Origin: a virus
Length of the DNA stretch: 36,952 nt
Virus genome (UHGV): UHGV-0205834
Strand: one strand, 5' to 3'
In this document: one piece after another, positions 8,523 through 18,858 of the stretch
Position numbering within the stretch: position 1 is the first letter of the stretch
Layout of the letters: each line of letters begins with the position of its first letter
The notes under the pieces: generated by a model
Seen by the model: only the letters and a program-made list of their open reading frames with translations
Databases searched by the model: none
Told to the model about the DNA's origin: nothing
Made by a program: the position numbers and the translations under genes

Positions 8523-9281
8523 CTACTTAACGCCTTCTATCTTGATGATTTGAATTTCTGCGTTTGTATTTTTGTGGTAATTCATATTTTCAGTGATTGC
8601 TACTTGGGCGGAACGAACGATCTTATAGCTTGTATCCGTCACACGTTCTAATTTCAACTCATACATTTCCATACCGCCTGCATCGTCATATAAGTTAGTG
8701 AACATGACAACTGGCCCAGTCACGTTATTTGCTTCGTACACCTGACCGCCCCAACCTTGAATATGAATGCGGACGGAACTGTAGTGTTTCATGCTATCTT
8801 TTAAGTCTATCGTCGTACCCACGCCATGTTTTTCGCCTTTGAATAGCTCGAAGGTTGTCACAACTTTTCGGAAACCCGGGCTATTATAACCGTTGTCATC
8901 GTTATGCGTACGTGCGATATAGATATTTCCACCGTAACCGTCCGAAGCCCAAAGCAGTTTCCGTTTATTGTGTTCTTGCATAACACCTAGTAACATGATT
9001 GAACCATCGCCAAACATCGTGATTTGTCCGTTTTTGAACCATTGATTAGTGGTAGCGTAAAAGCCCGGTGGAACGTCGTACACGTTAGTATACTTCCAGC
9101 CTAGCTCATTATCCTTCAAAGCAATACCACGCGCGTTCATTGCGATTTCAGGCGTACAAAAACCGGCATTTAACGGTGTAGCATCGACATGCGCTTGTTG
9201 CGGCGTACCATCGAAATGAATTGCTAATTGTTGTAAAATCCACTTGACAGATTCTTGCAATTTTTTAATTTCTTTTTCCAC
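8523..9281 (-). CDS. hypothetical tail/baseplate protein
   Basis: 252-aa ORF in the tail module, no recognisable motif. Confidence 0.45.
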   Translation of the reverse strand: MEKEIKKLQESVKWILQQLAIHFDGTPQQAHVDATPLNAGFCTPEIAMNARGIALKDNELGWKYTNVYDVPPGFYATTNQWFKNGQITMFGDGSIMLLGVMQEHNKRKLLWASDGYGGNIYIARTHNDDNGYNSPGFRKVVTTFELFKGEKHGVGTTIDLKDSMKHYSSVRIHIQGWGGQVYEANNVTGPVVMFTNLYDDAGGMEMYELKLERVTDTSYKIVRSAQVAITENMNYHKNTNAEIQIIKIEGVK

Positions 9282-9293
9282 TGATTAAACCTC

Positions 9294-11039
9294 CTAATAC
9301 GTGAAATTGCGATTAGTGTAGTGGCCCACACCTTGTACTTTGATCGTACGTTTTGCCGTATCAATTTGCACGTTTGCGAAACCCGCTTCATTCGCTGTGT
9401 TGTATTCCTCTTCGGAAGGGAAGGCTTTTGTTCCTACAATGATTTGCGTTGTACCTAAATATTTCACTGTTTCATAATGCCAATGCCCCGCAAAGATTGC
9501 CGCAACTGTTCCGCGTCCTTTTGTTGCGAAGTTGTAAGTCTTTTGCCCTATTGGGCTCGGATTGTATCCTTGCATAGAATTGTAGTCGATTGTCACGCTT
9601 GCTCCTTGTTTGAAGCCGTCTAGTAAGGTTCCTAGTTTCGTCACGTTTGCTACGTCATTTTCTCTTTCCATAGGCACGTGGCACACGATAACAACGTGAT
9701 AGCTTCTGTCAAGTTGTTCTAACCATTGTCCAAAGGCATGCAATTGGTTTTGTCCTAGTTTTCCATGAGGGAACTCAGCGCCATTGTAATATCCAGAAAA
9801 CTCGATGAATTTTCCTTGCGAGTTCGTAGCGTCTTCGAAATCGTCGGTGTCAATACGATAAATTGCAACTTTTTTACTAGGGAACAAAGTAGGACCGTAA
9901 CGGCTATCATATGCTACGGCAATATCCGAACCTGTCAACGAATCGAGCCGCGAACGTCCGTCGTTTGCGTATGGGATTTTACCTGTTTCGTGGTTACCAC
10001 GGCAAAGAATGATCGGAACTTCTGCGCCTGCTGTCGCTACGCTAGCAAAGCGTTTTAGCACGTGTAAGTTTTTCGCGCGTCTTTCTTGTTCGGTATAAGG
10101 ATAAACACCCGACGCTGTTCCTCCACTGTATCCGTCGATATTGTCCCCGCCGTACACCATCGCGTCCGTAAAGGTTTCTAGCGTTCTAAATTGTCCGACA
10201 ATGCTCCAACGACGTTCTGTTTTGTCTTTCTGGTCGAAGTGATCTAAGAATTGCTCGTGTGAATCGACGTGGATATCCGTCATGAATCCCATGTTAAACT
10301 TAGTTTTATCCGCTTGCGCGATCACTGTGTCTAAGTTAGTAGGGCGAACGTAGTTGTACGCTCCTCTGTCGTAGAAAAGTTTGTCTCTTTTGATTGGCAC
10401 TTGTTCTGCACCTTTAGGAACATTGAATGTTTTATTTTGAATATCGTCTAAGCGAGCGGCTAAACTGTAATAATCTCCTTTTGCTTCATTCAAAATGTTA
10501 ATGATCGTACCACCCGGATCGATATTTTCCAGTATTTCACGATTATCTTCTAACCACTGCTCCCAGTCATTTTTGCCCTGATCCATGTAATCTTTGAATT
10601 TTCTTAGCAAATCCTCAAAGGTCCACACATAGCCAGAATCACGTAACTGGCTTTTAGATATTCCAGAAATGACTCGGTAGGTAAAATCCTGTGTGCTAAA
10701 TTGTTCACTCCAAGTTCCATCACCATTAAGTGATCGGAAACTGAAATGTGCGGTGTTTTCACCACCCCATTGCCAGTCAGGCTCACTTAACGTGTAAATA
10801 AGCCTTGCCTGTGCTGGACTGTATTCCTGTACTTTTTGTTCAACAGGTTGGTTTTCGCCAAATTTTGTTGTATTAATAAAAAATGGCACTAGGCCATCGA
10901 ATGTTTTTAGTTTGCCATGTTCCACCACTTCAACAACGAACTTTTGGGTTAAAACATCCCCTTGCCGAATTCGAACCAAATTTATTCCGTTATTTGGTTC
11001 GGTGGTGGATAGGACCATTTTATGCTGTGTTTCTGCCAC
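9294..11039 (-). CDS. tail-module protein with calcineurin-like metallophosphoesterase domain
   Basis: 581 aa. Ordered motifs FMTDIHVD (D-x-H), GGDNIDG (GD-x-x-D), CRGNHE (GNHE) and AGHWH (GH-x-H) are typical of metallophosphatases. Confidence 0.6.
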   Translation of the reverse strand: MAETQHKMVLSTTEPNNGINLVRIRQGDVLTQKFVVEVVEHGKLKTFDGLVPFFINTTKFGENQPVEQKVQEYSPAQARLIYTLSEPDWQWGGENTAHFSFRSLNGDGTWSEQFSTQDFTYRVISGISKSQLRDSGYVWTFEDLLRKFKDYMDQGKNDWEQWLEDNREILENIDPGGTIINILNEAKGDYYSLAARLDDIQNKTFNVPKGAEQVPIKRDKLFYDRGAYNYVRPTNLDTVIAQADKTKFNMGFMTDIHVDSHEQFLDHFDQKDKTERRWSIVGQFRTLETFTDAMVYGGDNIDGYSGGTASGVYPYTEQERRAKNLHVLKRFASVATAGAEVPIILCRGNHETGKIPYANDGRSRLDSLTGSDIAVAYDSRYGPTLFPSKKVAIYRIDTDDFEDATNSQGKFIEFSGYYNGAEFPHGKLGQNQLHAFGQWLEQLDRSYHVVIVCHVPMERENDVANVTKLGTLLDGFKQGASVTIDYNSMQGYNPSPIGQKTYNFATKGRGTVAAIFAGHWHYETVKYLGTTQIIVGTKAFPSEEEYNTANEAGFANVQIDTAKRTIKVQGVGHYTNRNFTY

Positions 11040-11050
11040 GAATATCCCTC

Positions 11051-13882
11051 CTATTTCGGTGGTATGACAATGGAAGAAATTGCACTTGCACTATAATACT
11101 GGCGATCTAACTTTCCACAAATCATACCTAACTCTGTGTTTTGTTCATAAGTTTGCATACGACCATTAGCTAAGCCTCGGATAACGCCAGTATGTCCATA
11201 AGTTCCATCTGCAAACCATGAACCCACTTGTCCACCTCTTGCCCAATTAATAATTGCACCAACTACTAATTGATCATATCTAGGGTTTTGAATCACTTTC
11301 CAACCAACAGCAGACCAATCATAGGCAATACCAATATCAGATGCTGCAGAAGTATTTCCTATCACATGAGTTAAACCATATTTTGTTCCAGCACCCATGC
11401 CACAACCACCCAGATATCCTGAATATTCTGCAGACAAGCCATAACACTGACCATTACCAATTCTTTGTCCGATCAAAGATTCTAAATGTTTTAGTCCTGC
11501 TTCTCCAGTAGCTCCTCCTGGTTTTAAATCTTTAAATTTGTTATACCAGTTAACTGCATAATCCTGACGTTCAGGATGTGTCGCTGCCGGACGTTCATAG
11601 TTTCGTTCAAAAGCATATGCTGCTTGTCTTGGATCAGTACAGGCCTTAAATCCATCAACTGTCGTAGGTTGTACTACGCCCATCCATTGTCCATTTGTAA
11701 ATGTCCAAATAAGCAATCGAACTTGTGCATCTAAGCTCGTTATTGGTTCTTTAATACCTGCAGCATTAAATAAGTTTTGAACATAAACTTTTCCATCCCA
11801 TGTTGCTGGACCAACAAGAGGATATGAAGAACCATCCCACTGAACTAATCCGTATGCTGGTCCACCTATTTGAACAGTATCAGGATCAAAAGTTCCTCCT
11901 GTTTCTTGTTGAATGTTCCCCAATATTCCACATGCAGATTGTTTCGTAAATCCGTTATTACACAAAATATCGTAAATTCTCCAAGCTCTCTTTTCTGCAT
12001 CTGTTTTTAATTCACTAGGATACCCACCAGTAGATTCTCCACCTCCTGATGGACCACCACCTTGTCCAGGTATCACTTTTTGCCCATTCACATAAAGTTC
12101 TTTCACATCTAAACGTCCACCTATGGAAGTTCTTCCAATCAAGTCTATACGATCATTAATTAAATACATATTTTTTTTGCCAACGATTAATCCATGTCCT
12201 TTAACAGAACTAATAGCAATCGCTTCACCACCAGAATTCAAATTAATTTGTAAAGCTTTACCATCAAAATCTGCATACACTGGATTTCCCTGAGAGTCAA
12301 TACCAACAACCAGATCAGGAAACTGATTACCTTCGGTTCCCATTGTTCCGATAGACCTATTGCCATACCAGAATTCCATACCTTTTTTGGTTAGCTCCAT
12401 GATTTTTTTGTTTTCATTCCAAATTTGAAGCGTGCCTTTTACAAGTTTTAACACATCACCATAAGCATTAAAGGAAGTTTCGAATACTTCTGCATTTATT
12501 GTTCCTACTTTGATGAAGTCAGCAACAATTTCTCCTTTTGATGTGATAGCAATACCGAATGGGCCATTTACGCCATTATCTGAATAACCTAAACCATTCA
12601 AATTCCATCGCCAAACACGCTTTGTACTAGCCACATTATCAGTATCCATAATAAGTATTTCGGATGGTGCTTTCTCTGGACGAAAAACGACATGTCCACC
12701 AGAATTCCCAGTGATCCATGCCGTTGCATTGAGTACGTTTTGCACTAATGTTTCTGTCCGATTATCGATTTTCTTTTTGAGTTCTTGAGTTTGAGAATTC
12801 ACTGTAGAAGTATAAAGAGTTAAATCATTTCCTAATACTAGATCCTTATACTTTCCTAATGTAGGAAAGTATGTATATTCAACTACTCTCTCAGTGATTT
12901 CAATATCAAGTTGTTTTGCTCTTACACGAACAACATCACCAAAGCTTAGAGTTGAAAGCTTCCGATACATTTCTCCGTATTCCAAAGTATGTTCTAGCGA
13001 GACCATGCTAACGGTATGAGTTGCTTTAGGTTCATGAATACGATCATTTTCAAAAAGTGTATTTCCCCATTTCTTTAGTTCGTCGATTGTTTTACAATCT
13101 GAATTCTCTCTTTTACCTATGCGCCGATTTTCATCCGTTACTCCTTTTATTTCTAAAAATCCATAGGTGATAGGGTCTTTGTCTTCGTCATAATCATTGT
13201 CAGGAACACCACCAACCAGAAATAGACTGTTTACAATAGATTCTTCGTCTATTTCTTCCTCAATAGCTTCGAGATTTAAGCCGAAATCAATTCTAAATCC
13301 ATTATCAGCTCCAATTTGTTTGACTAAATTCAAATCATAGTTATTCATATCTAATTCTGCACTTGCCACACTAGCCAAATTTTCATTTCCATTATTCGAA
13401 CCAATAATAGCTTCAACTGGTGCTACTTGTTTTGCAGTGAACTGATGTGTTGTTCCAACGTTTGAAAGATAATTGAATTTTTGTGAGAATGCCAAACTGG
13501 ATTTTAGATTGTTCATGATCTGCGTTCCATTGCCATTATCTGTGAAAGACTCGATAATAAAATTTTTATTGGCCATAAAACCAATATGCCTTGCGGTTAC
13601 TGAAACAGAATTCAGATTCTTTTTGACATTGTATATCTCAAAATACTGCCATGATCCATCAGGTACTTTTGCTTTTATGAAATTTCCTTTTTTTAGGTAA
13701 GAGCGAAATTCACCCTTTCTAGAATAATTTCCATAAAAACGATATTGTCCATTCAATACACGATTGATTTCTGGCAAATCTTCCCAATCAAGTAAAGCAA
13801 TTCCATTGGTATTCAAATCGTCAGGCATTTCTTTATAAGCATAAATGAACTCCTGTTTCACAAATAAACACTCCTTCTCCAT
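11051..13882 (-). CDS. tail-associated lysin (Tal): N-terminal tail endopeptidase/tip domain plus C-terminal lysozyme-like and CHAP domains
   Basis: 943 aa directly after Dit. C-terminal ILGNIQQETGG…GLVQWDG (phage lysozyme-like motif), then Cys…His CHAP-like segment (NGQCYGL…GHTGVI). Confidence 0.75.
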   Translation of the reverse strand: MEKECLFVKQEFIYAYKEMPDDLNTNGIALLDWEDLPEINRVLNGQYRFYGNYSRKGEFRSYLKKGNFIKAKVPDGSWQYFEIYNVKKNLNSVSVTARHIGFMANKNFIIESFTDNGNGTQIMNNLKSSLAFSQKFNYLSNVGTTHQFTAKQVAPVEAIIGSNNGNENLASVASAELDMNNYDLNLVKQIGADNGFRIDFGLNLEAIEEEIDEESIVNSLFLVGGVPDNDYDEDKDPITYGFLEIKGVTDENRRIGKRENSDCKTIDELKKWGNTLFENDRIHEPKATHTVSMVSLEHTLEYGEMYRKLSTLSFGDVVRVRAKQLDIEITERVVEYTYFPTLGKYKDLVLGNDLTLYTSTVNSQTQELKKKIDNRTETLVQNVLNATAWITGNSGGHVVFRPEKAPSEILIMDTDNVASTKRVWRWNLNGLGYSDNGVNGPFGIAITSKGEIVADFIKVGTINAEVFETSFNAYGDVLKLVKGTLQIWNENKKIMELTKKGMEFWYGNRSIGTMGTEGNQFPDLVVGIDSQGNPVYADFDGKALQINLNSGGEAIAISSVKGHGLIVGKKNMYLINDRIDLIGRTSIGGRLDVKELYVNGQKVIPGQGGGPSGGGESTGGYPSELKTDAEKRAWRIYDILCNNGFTKQSACGILGNIQQETGGTFDPDTVQIGGPAYGLVQWDGSSYPLVGPATWDGKVYVQNLFNAAGIKEPITSLDAQVRLLIWTFTNGQWMGVVQPTTVDGFKACTDPRQAAYAFERNYERPAATHPERQDYAVNWYNKFKDLKPGGATGEAGLKHLESLIGQRIGNGQCYGLSAEYSGYLGGCGMGAGTKYGLTHVIGNTSAASDIGIAYDWSAVGWKVIQNPRYDQLVVGAIINWARGGQVGSWFADGTYGHTGVIRGLANGRMQTYEQNTELGMICGKLDRQYYSASAISSIVIPPK

Positions 13883-14577
13883 AACTTGATTTTTGAGAAT
13901 GAGCCACTAACCTTGATAAGATTTTTCCCTGGACTCAACGTTGGCCAATCTCCTTTTGTAAATAGTGGTAAATCCTCTTGAATTGATTTACCCAATTCAG
14001 TATCAACAGTAAATGTACTTGCCAACGTATTTAGTACAGTAAGGCTCTCGTCACCAATTGTTAGTGTGATGTCTCCCCCGCTAGATTCAATCTCAAAATA
14101 AGGATGTGCTACCTCATCGCCTGGATCGTATACCTCGATTTCATTTGTGCTAAATTCAATTGGTTGTTCATTCAGCTTTCGCTTAAATGGTTGACATCTA
14201 AACGTGACAGTAAACGTATAAAAGAAGCCCCATTCGTTTTCGAATTTGACTTCTTCACCTATATTACAAATAGCATCTAAATATTTATCTGGATCATTAT
14301 GCGTAATTAGTCTACTACTTCCAGAAAGCCACTTTTTGATCTCTCGAAGTTTAGAATGGGGAATAGTGATATTCTCAATTTTTAAGTCAAAAGATTCATA
14401 ATCACCAAAGGTTTCATTCAATTCACCATTTCTACCTTGAACAGTATATGTTTCATATCTTTTAGCTGGCATGACCTCAGGAAGTTCACTCTCGATAATA
14501 CAATTCATATCGAGAGTAGCATTTAAGTTTTTCCAGATAAAATTCGGCTCATCTGGTTTCATGAATCGTTGACTCAT
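13858..14577 (-). CDS. distal tail protein (Dit)
   Basis: 239-aa ORF immediately downstream of the tape-measure gene and overlapping the Tal start, the canonical TMP-Dit-Tal order. Confidence 0.65.
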   Translation of the reverse strand: MSQRFMKPDEPNFIWKNLNATLDMNCIIESELPEVMPAKRYETYTVQGRNGELNETFGDYESFDLKIENITIPHSKLREIKKWLSGSSRLITHNDPDKYLDAICNIGEEVKFENEWGFFYTFTVTFRCQPFKRKLNEQPIEFSTNEIEVYDPGDEVAHPYFEIESSGGDITLTIGDESLTVLNTLASTFTVDTELGKSIQEDLPLFTKGDWPTLSPGKNLIKVSGSFSKIKLWRRSVYL

Positions 14578-16877
14578 TCCGGAACACCTCCCAAATCATA
14601 AATAGCTTGTCGATTAGCTCTTGCAAATTTACGGTTCATTCGATCTAATTCTGATGGGTTATTTGCATCAACTTTTGCAATATGGATATGCTGTTCAATA
14701 TTACCGCCAGAAACTTTTCCGCCAATACCTCTACGTTTTTCTTCGTCAGATAATGGAGTAACCGTTGTTTTTCCATTCTTTGCAGTCAATAACTCTGGAC
14801 CAGCTTCTCCAACAATCGCTTGACCATTGATTAAATGACCACCTTGAGCTAAATAAGGTAGTTTAGATATAGAAAATGATTTGCCACCAATACCAGGAAC
14901 CCATTTTGGTATTTTGATATTATTCAGTCCACCAATAAAACCATTAATCAAACCAATCATGGCATTAATAGGAGCTTTTCCCACAGCAACAACACCATCG
15001 AAAATACCGCCAAAAATATCAACCAAACCTTGCCACGCTCTTGACCAATCACCTGTAAATATACCAGTAATAAAGTCAATAAATCCTGTCAGTATCCTCT
15101 TTCCTGCATTATAAAAATTCATGAAATTAACCACTATTCCTTCGAAAACGCCAGAAATATAGCCACCTATAAATTTAAAAACTTCTACGGCGACATCTGA
15201 AATGCCTTTGAAAAATGCATTAACTCCATCATGAAACCATTTCACTTTGTTATATGCCAATACAAATCCAGCAATCAATAAAGTTATTCCTGCGATTACT
15301 AAAACAAACGGATTCGTTGCAAGAAAACCAGATAAAGTCTGCCAAATCCCTATAAAAGATTTAACTCCACCAACAATTTTAGTTATTGAACCCATAAGTG
15401 TTCCTAAAATCACTAATAGTGGACCAATTGCTGCTACTACTAAAGCTATTGTTACTAACATATTTTTTTGCCCTTGATCAAGTGAATCAAGCCAAATTTT
15501 AAATCGTTGCAATGCATTTATTGCCAATTCAAAAAAAGGCAACAAAGCTATTTGTACACTTTCTCCCACAGATGCCATTGCTAATTTTGCGTTATTCATG
15601 GCCATATTTGCCTTATCAATAGGATCAAGTGTAGCTTCATAAGTAGAACCAACTACTCCGCCACTTTCTGAGGCGACTTTTGCTAAATCTTCTAGATTAA
15701 GAGTCCCCCTTTTAATTGCATCAGCCATTCGAGGACCGCCTTTGTTACCAAAAATTTCGGCGGCTGCATTAATTGCTTCAGTTTCTGAGCTTGCATTTTT
15801 AATTTTATCTTGCAATTCTCCAAGTCCTTGTGACAAAGTTTTTCCATCTTTAGCATAGGTAACTGTCGCTTTAGATAGACTACTCAAAGCTGCGCTAGAA
15901 TCAACACCAGCTTGCTCGAATTGCCCCATCAACGTAACACCTTCTCCAAAACTCAATCCTAATTGTTTGATTTGAGGGGCGCCATCAATCGCCTTTTGCA
16001 TTAAATCATCTACAGATTGTCCTGTATTTTGAGATGTCTTTGTTGTTACATCTAATACAGAATTTAAATCATCATAAGACATGTCATAAGCCTCAATTGC
16101 TTGGCGAGCAAAAATAGCCGATTGTGAAACATCTGTATCATTGATTTCAGCGTACTGTAGAAGATAATTAGTTGAATCTTCCAGTTTTTTGTCCATGAAT
16201 CCAAATTGCGTATTTACTTCACCAATGGCTTCTCCTACCGTTTGTAAAGGCAAGTGAGTATTTGAACCAACATTTTCGAAGGATTGCGATAGTCTATCAG
16301 CTTGATCACCTGTTGCTCCGGTTTTAGTAATAATAGTATCAAGAGCTTCATCTACTTCACTAAAAGCTGCTAGTCCTGCAGCACCTGCAGCAACAATTGG
16401 TGCAGTTACGCCAATAGACATTTTTTCACCGACACCTTTAACTTTTTCGCCAGCTTCTTCAATTTTTTGAAGTTTTTTTGCAGTATCAACAGAAACATTA
16501 CCCTGTTCTTTTAATGCATCATTAGTTTGCTCTAATGCAGAACGCAGTTTATTTTCTCCTGTTTCAGATTCCAAAAGTCTTTTATAGAGTTTTTGAGATT
16601 GGTCTGAATATTCACCAGTTTCTTTAACTGATTTTTCATACTCTTCCCTTAACATCTGGGTTCGCTTTTCTGCTAAAGAAAGTTGTTTTTCTAATTTTTT
16701 CTTAGCAGCTGTTAATTTCTCTGTTTGAGTTGCATCCTTATCCATGGCAGACACTTGGTTTTTGTACTCAGTAGCTGCTAAGTTCATTTCTTTATTGATT
16801 TCTTTAATTGTTTTTGAATAGCTAACTTCGCCATTCGTTTTAAAATTTAAAACAACATCTGATTCTTTCCCTGACAT
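14574..16877 (-). CDS. tail tape-measure protein
   Basis: 767 aa. N-terminal coiled coil and multiple central hydrophobic/Gly-rich segments. RBS AAGGAG. Follows the G/G-T chaperone. Confidence 0.85.
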   Translation of the reverse strand: MSGKESDVVLNFKTNGEVSYSKTIKEINKEMNLAATEYKNQVSAMDKDATQTEKLTAAKKKLEKQLSLAEKRTQMLREEYEKSVKETGEYSDQSQKLYKRLLESETGENKLRSALEQTNDALKEQGNVSVDTAKKLQKIEEAGEKVKGVGEKMSIGVTAPIVAAGAAGLAAFSEVDEALDTIITKTGATGDQADRLSQSFENVGSNTHLPLQTVGEAIGEVNTQFGFMDKKLEDSTNYLLQYAEINDTDVSQSAIFARQAIEAYDMSYDDLNSVLDVTTKTSQNTGQSVDDLMQKAIDGAPQIKQLGLSFGEGVTLMGQFEQAGVDSSAALSSLSKATVTYAKDGKTLSQGLGELQDKIKNASSETEAINAAAEIFGNKGGPRMADAIKRGTLNLEDLAKVASESGGVVGSTYEATLDPIDKANMAMNNAKLAMASVGESVQIALLPFFELAINALQRFKIWLDSLDQGQKNMLVTIALVVAAIGPLLVILGTLMGSITKIVGGVKSFIGIWQTLSGFLATNPFVLVIAGITLLIAGFVLAYNKVKWFHDGVNAFFKGISDVAVEVFKFIGGYISGVFEGIVVNFMNFYNAGKRILTGFIDFITGIFTGDWSRAWQGLVDIFGGIFDGVVAVGKAPINAMIGLINGFIGGLNNIKIPKWVPGIGGKSFSISKLPYLAQGGHLINGQAIVGEAGPELLTAKNGKTTVTPLSDEEKRRGIGGKVSGGNIEQHIHIAKVDANNPSELDRMNRKFARANRQAIYDLGGVPE

Positions 16878-16892
16878 TTTAGCGCTCCTTTC

Positions 16893-17533
16893 CTACCACC
16901 AAGGACTCTTATCCATAGTTATGGATTGAGGTGGCTCAAACTCAGTATTTTGTTGTAACCACTGTAGGTATGATTTCAGCCACAAGTTAGGCGTAGATTT
17001 CAAAAAGAAACTCTCACTCCAATTTAATAGAGTGAGAGCAACATAAATATAAAAACTCCAAGGAGTTCCTATTTCTTCCGATTCTTTTTGTTTTTCTTTC
17101 TTTTTGCTTGTGCTTTTTGAAAGTCTTGTGGCTTCTTGGATTTTTTTAGGTCTTCTACCTGAAATGTCTGACTAGCAAAAATTTCCATACAGGTACTATA
17201 AGCAGACAACACCTCTCCACTCATTCCTAAGAATTTAAAAATAGTTTCTGGATCTTCCTCTAAACCACCAGTGCGCAACATTGCATAAATCAAGGCACGC
17301 ATGATTTTTAAGTCACTAGGTGATAAGTTAGCAGAAGAAATTTTTCCTTCTTTTTTATATAGCATGGCATTCATATCAGATTCGAATTGCGAATAATCTC
17401 CACCATATACATCTGCTATAAATTCCATTGTTTGCATAGTAAATGAGATAGGTAATTCTACACCTTGAATAGTGACAATAGCAGAATTTTTTAAGTCTTC
17501 AACGTGAATTCCATAATCAGATAACCGAGCCAT
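16893..17533 (-). CDS. predicted G-T fusion product via -1 programmed ribosomal frameshift near 17081-17100
   Basis: The -1 frame is open for 58 codons beyond the gpG stop (17069-17071). It spans the entire apparent intergenic region and stops 13 nt before the TMP RBS. Confidence 0.4.
17069..17533 (-). CDS. tail assembly chaperone (gpG-like)
   Basis: 154 aa between the major tail protein and TMP. Lys-rich C-terminus encoded by an A-rich tract. The -1 frame stays open past its stop. Confidence 0.6.
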   Translation of the reverse strand: MARLSDYGIHVEDLKNSAIVTIQGVELPISFTMQTMEFIADVYGGDYSQFESDMNAMLYKKEGKISSANLSPSDLKIMRALIYAMLRTGGLEEDPETIFKFLGMSGEVLSAYSTCMEIFASQTFQVEDLKKSKKPQDFQKAQAKRKKNKKNRKK

Positions 17534-18159
17534 TAACCTGCACCTCCAACTTTAGCCAATGTTTTCCACTGTTCTTCATCGTATACAGGTTGAGCAATGA
17601 ATTTATTAAATAATTCTAGAGAAGCTCCGTCTCTATTTGAATCAAAGCTTGAATACATTACGTTGTTATACTTCAATCCAGATGAAATGAAGTTCGCAGT
17701 TACATCATCAATTTTCGTTTCATCATCAGCAGTAGCATATTCTTCATCAATAACATTGGACAACTGTGTTTTGGGATACCAAACAGCTTTCTTTCCACCG
17801 TTTTCAATATTTCCAATAAAACCAAATGCGAAATAAGGAAATTCACGAGCAGTATTTTTACCAAAGGTTACACCACTTTCAGCAATCAAACCTTTCAATT
17901 CGTCCATAACAGCAATTGGAATTCCTACATGATCCAGAGCTAACTCATGTTTTGTTTCTCGACTTACACGCCGAAACATTTTACTAGATGCCCATTTTTC
18001 AAGAGCTGTTCCATTTCCCTTTATTCCTAATTTTGTAGCAATTGGCAAACGAACAATCTCGCTATAAGTTGGTGCTTCTCCAACAGTATCAGGAGTAGCC
18101 ATCATACCAATCAATATATCGTCTAATCCTTCAAAATAGAAAGTATCTTGCTTTCCCAC
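17533..18159 (-). CDS. major tail protein
   Basis: 208 aa, immediately upstream of the chaperone pair. Confidence 0.7.
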   Translation of the reverse strand: MGKQDTFYFEGLDDILIGMMATPDTVGEAPTYSEIVRLPIATKLGIKGNGTALEKWASSKMFRRVSRETKHELALDHVGIPIAVMDELKGLIAESGVTFGKNTAREFPYFAFGFIGNIENGGKKAVWYPKTQLSNVIDEEYATADDETKIDDVTANFISSGLKYNNVMYSSFDSNRDGASLELFNKFIAQPVYDEEQWKTLAKVGGAG

Positions 18160-18164
18160 TTAGA

Positions 18165-18539
18165 TCATCCTTCCCACATTTTAATAATTTTCTTTGTCAT
18201 AATTTCTTCAATCTGTTGCTTATTTTGCTCATATGTTCCACTTGCAAAATGTTGAGCGCGTTGCTTTGTTGTCCCATTTTCAGCAAAACGCCAATAAAAG
18301 GCTGTATCTTCAAATTGGACTTTTACTCGATCATCTTCTACTACAACTTTTACATGATCTTTCATATGTTTTTTCTTTAATAATGACTTAGGTATCTTAG
18401 GCAATAGTTGCTTCATGTAAAAATTAGCAGCTTCTTCTAAAGATTCTATTGATATTTTTTTCGGATCTACCTTTGAAAGGTTTCCTAAATAATCTGCCAT
18501 GTCAGCAAATCCGTTCACATTATTGGCCATTTTCCACAC
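18165..18539 (-). CDS. tail completion / head-tail joining protein (gp11-like position)
   Basis: 124-aa ORF in the connector block. Confidence 0.45.
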   Translation of the reverse strand: MWKMANNVNGFADMADYLGNLSKVDPKKISIESLEEAANFYMKQLLPKIPKSLLKKKHMKDHVKVVVEDDRVKVQFEDTAFYWRFAENGTTKQRAQHFASGTYEQNKQQIEEIMTKKIIKMWEG

Positions 18540-18858
18540 ACCTCACATACGTGTAATAGTTAGTCACTGTCTCATCATTTTCATCACCTTGTATACCTGT
18601 AAAATCTGAATATGGAATACCAGCATTTTGTAATGCTTCTTCAATAACAGATAAATCCCGTTCTGTTCCAAGTGTGAAAAAAGAAATTTGATAATACGGT
18701 AATTTTTTATAGACTTTACCGGATGCCATTTTTTTACTATTACTCACATTTGAGTACACGATGTATGGATACATCGTTCCTAATCTGGCTTTGTCTCTGA
18801 ACACTGGTAACTTCGTTGATTTCAGAGCTGTTTTCAATTCATCAAAGCTAATAGACAT
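18520..18858 (-). CDS. head-tail connector protein (HK97 gp10-like position)
   Basis: 112-aa ORF in the connector block. Confidence 0.45.
   Translation of the reverse strand: MSISFDELKTALKSTKLPVFRDKARLGTMYPYIVYSNVSNSKKMASGKVYKKLPYYQISFFTLGTERDLSVIEEALQNAGIPYSDFTGIQGDENDETVTNYYTYVRCVENGQ

Noticed and set aside
16999-17030. Inverted repeat CTCTCACTC…GAGTGAGAG as a terminator between gpG and TMP
   Set aside because: It lies inside the open -1 frame of the proposed G-T extension and has no U-tract. It is more plausibly coding or a frameshift-stimulating structure.
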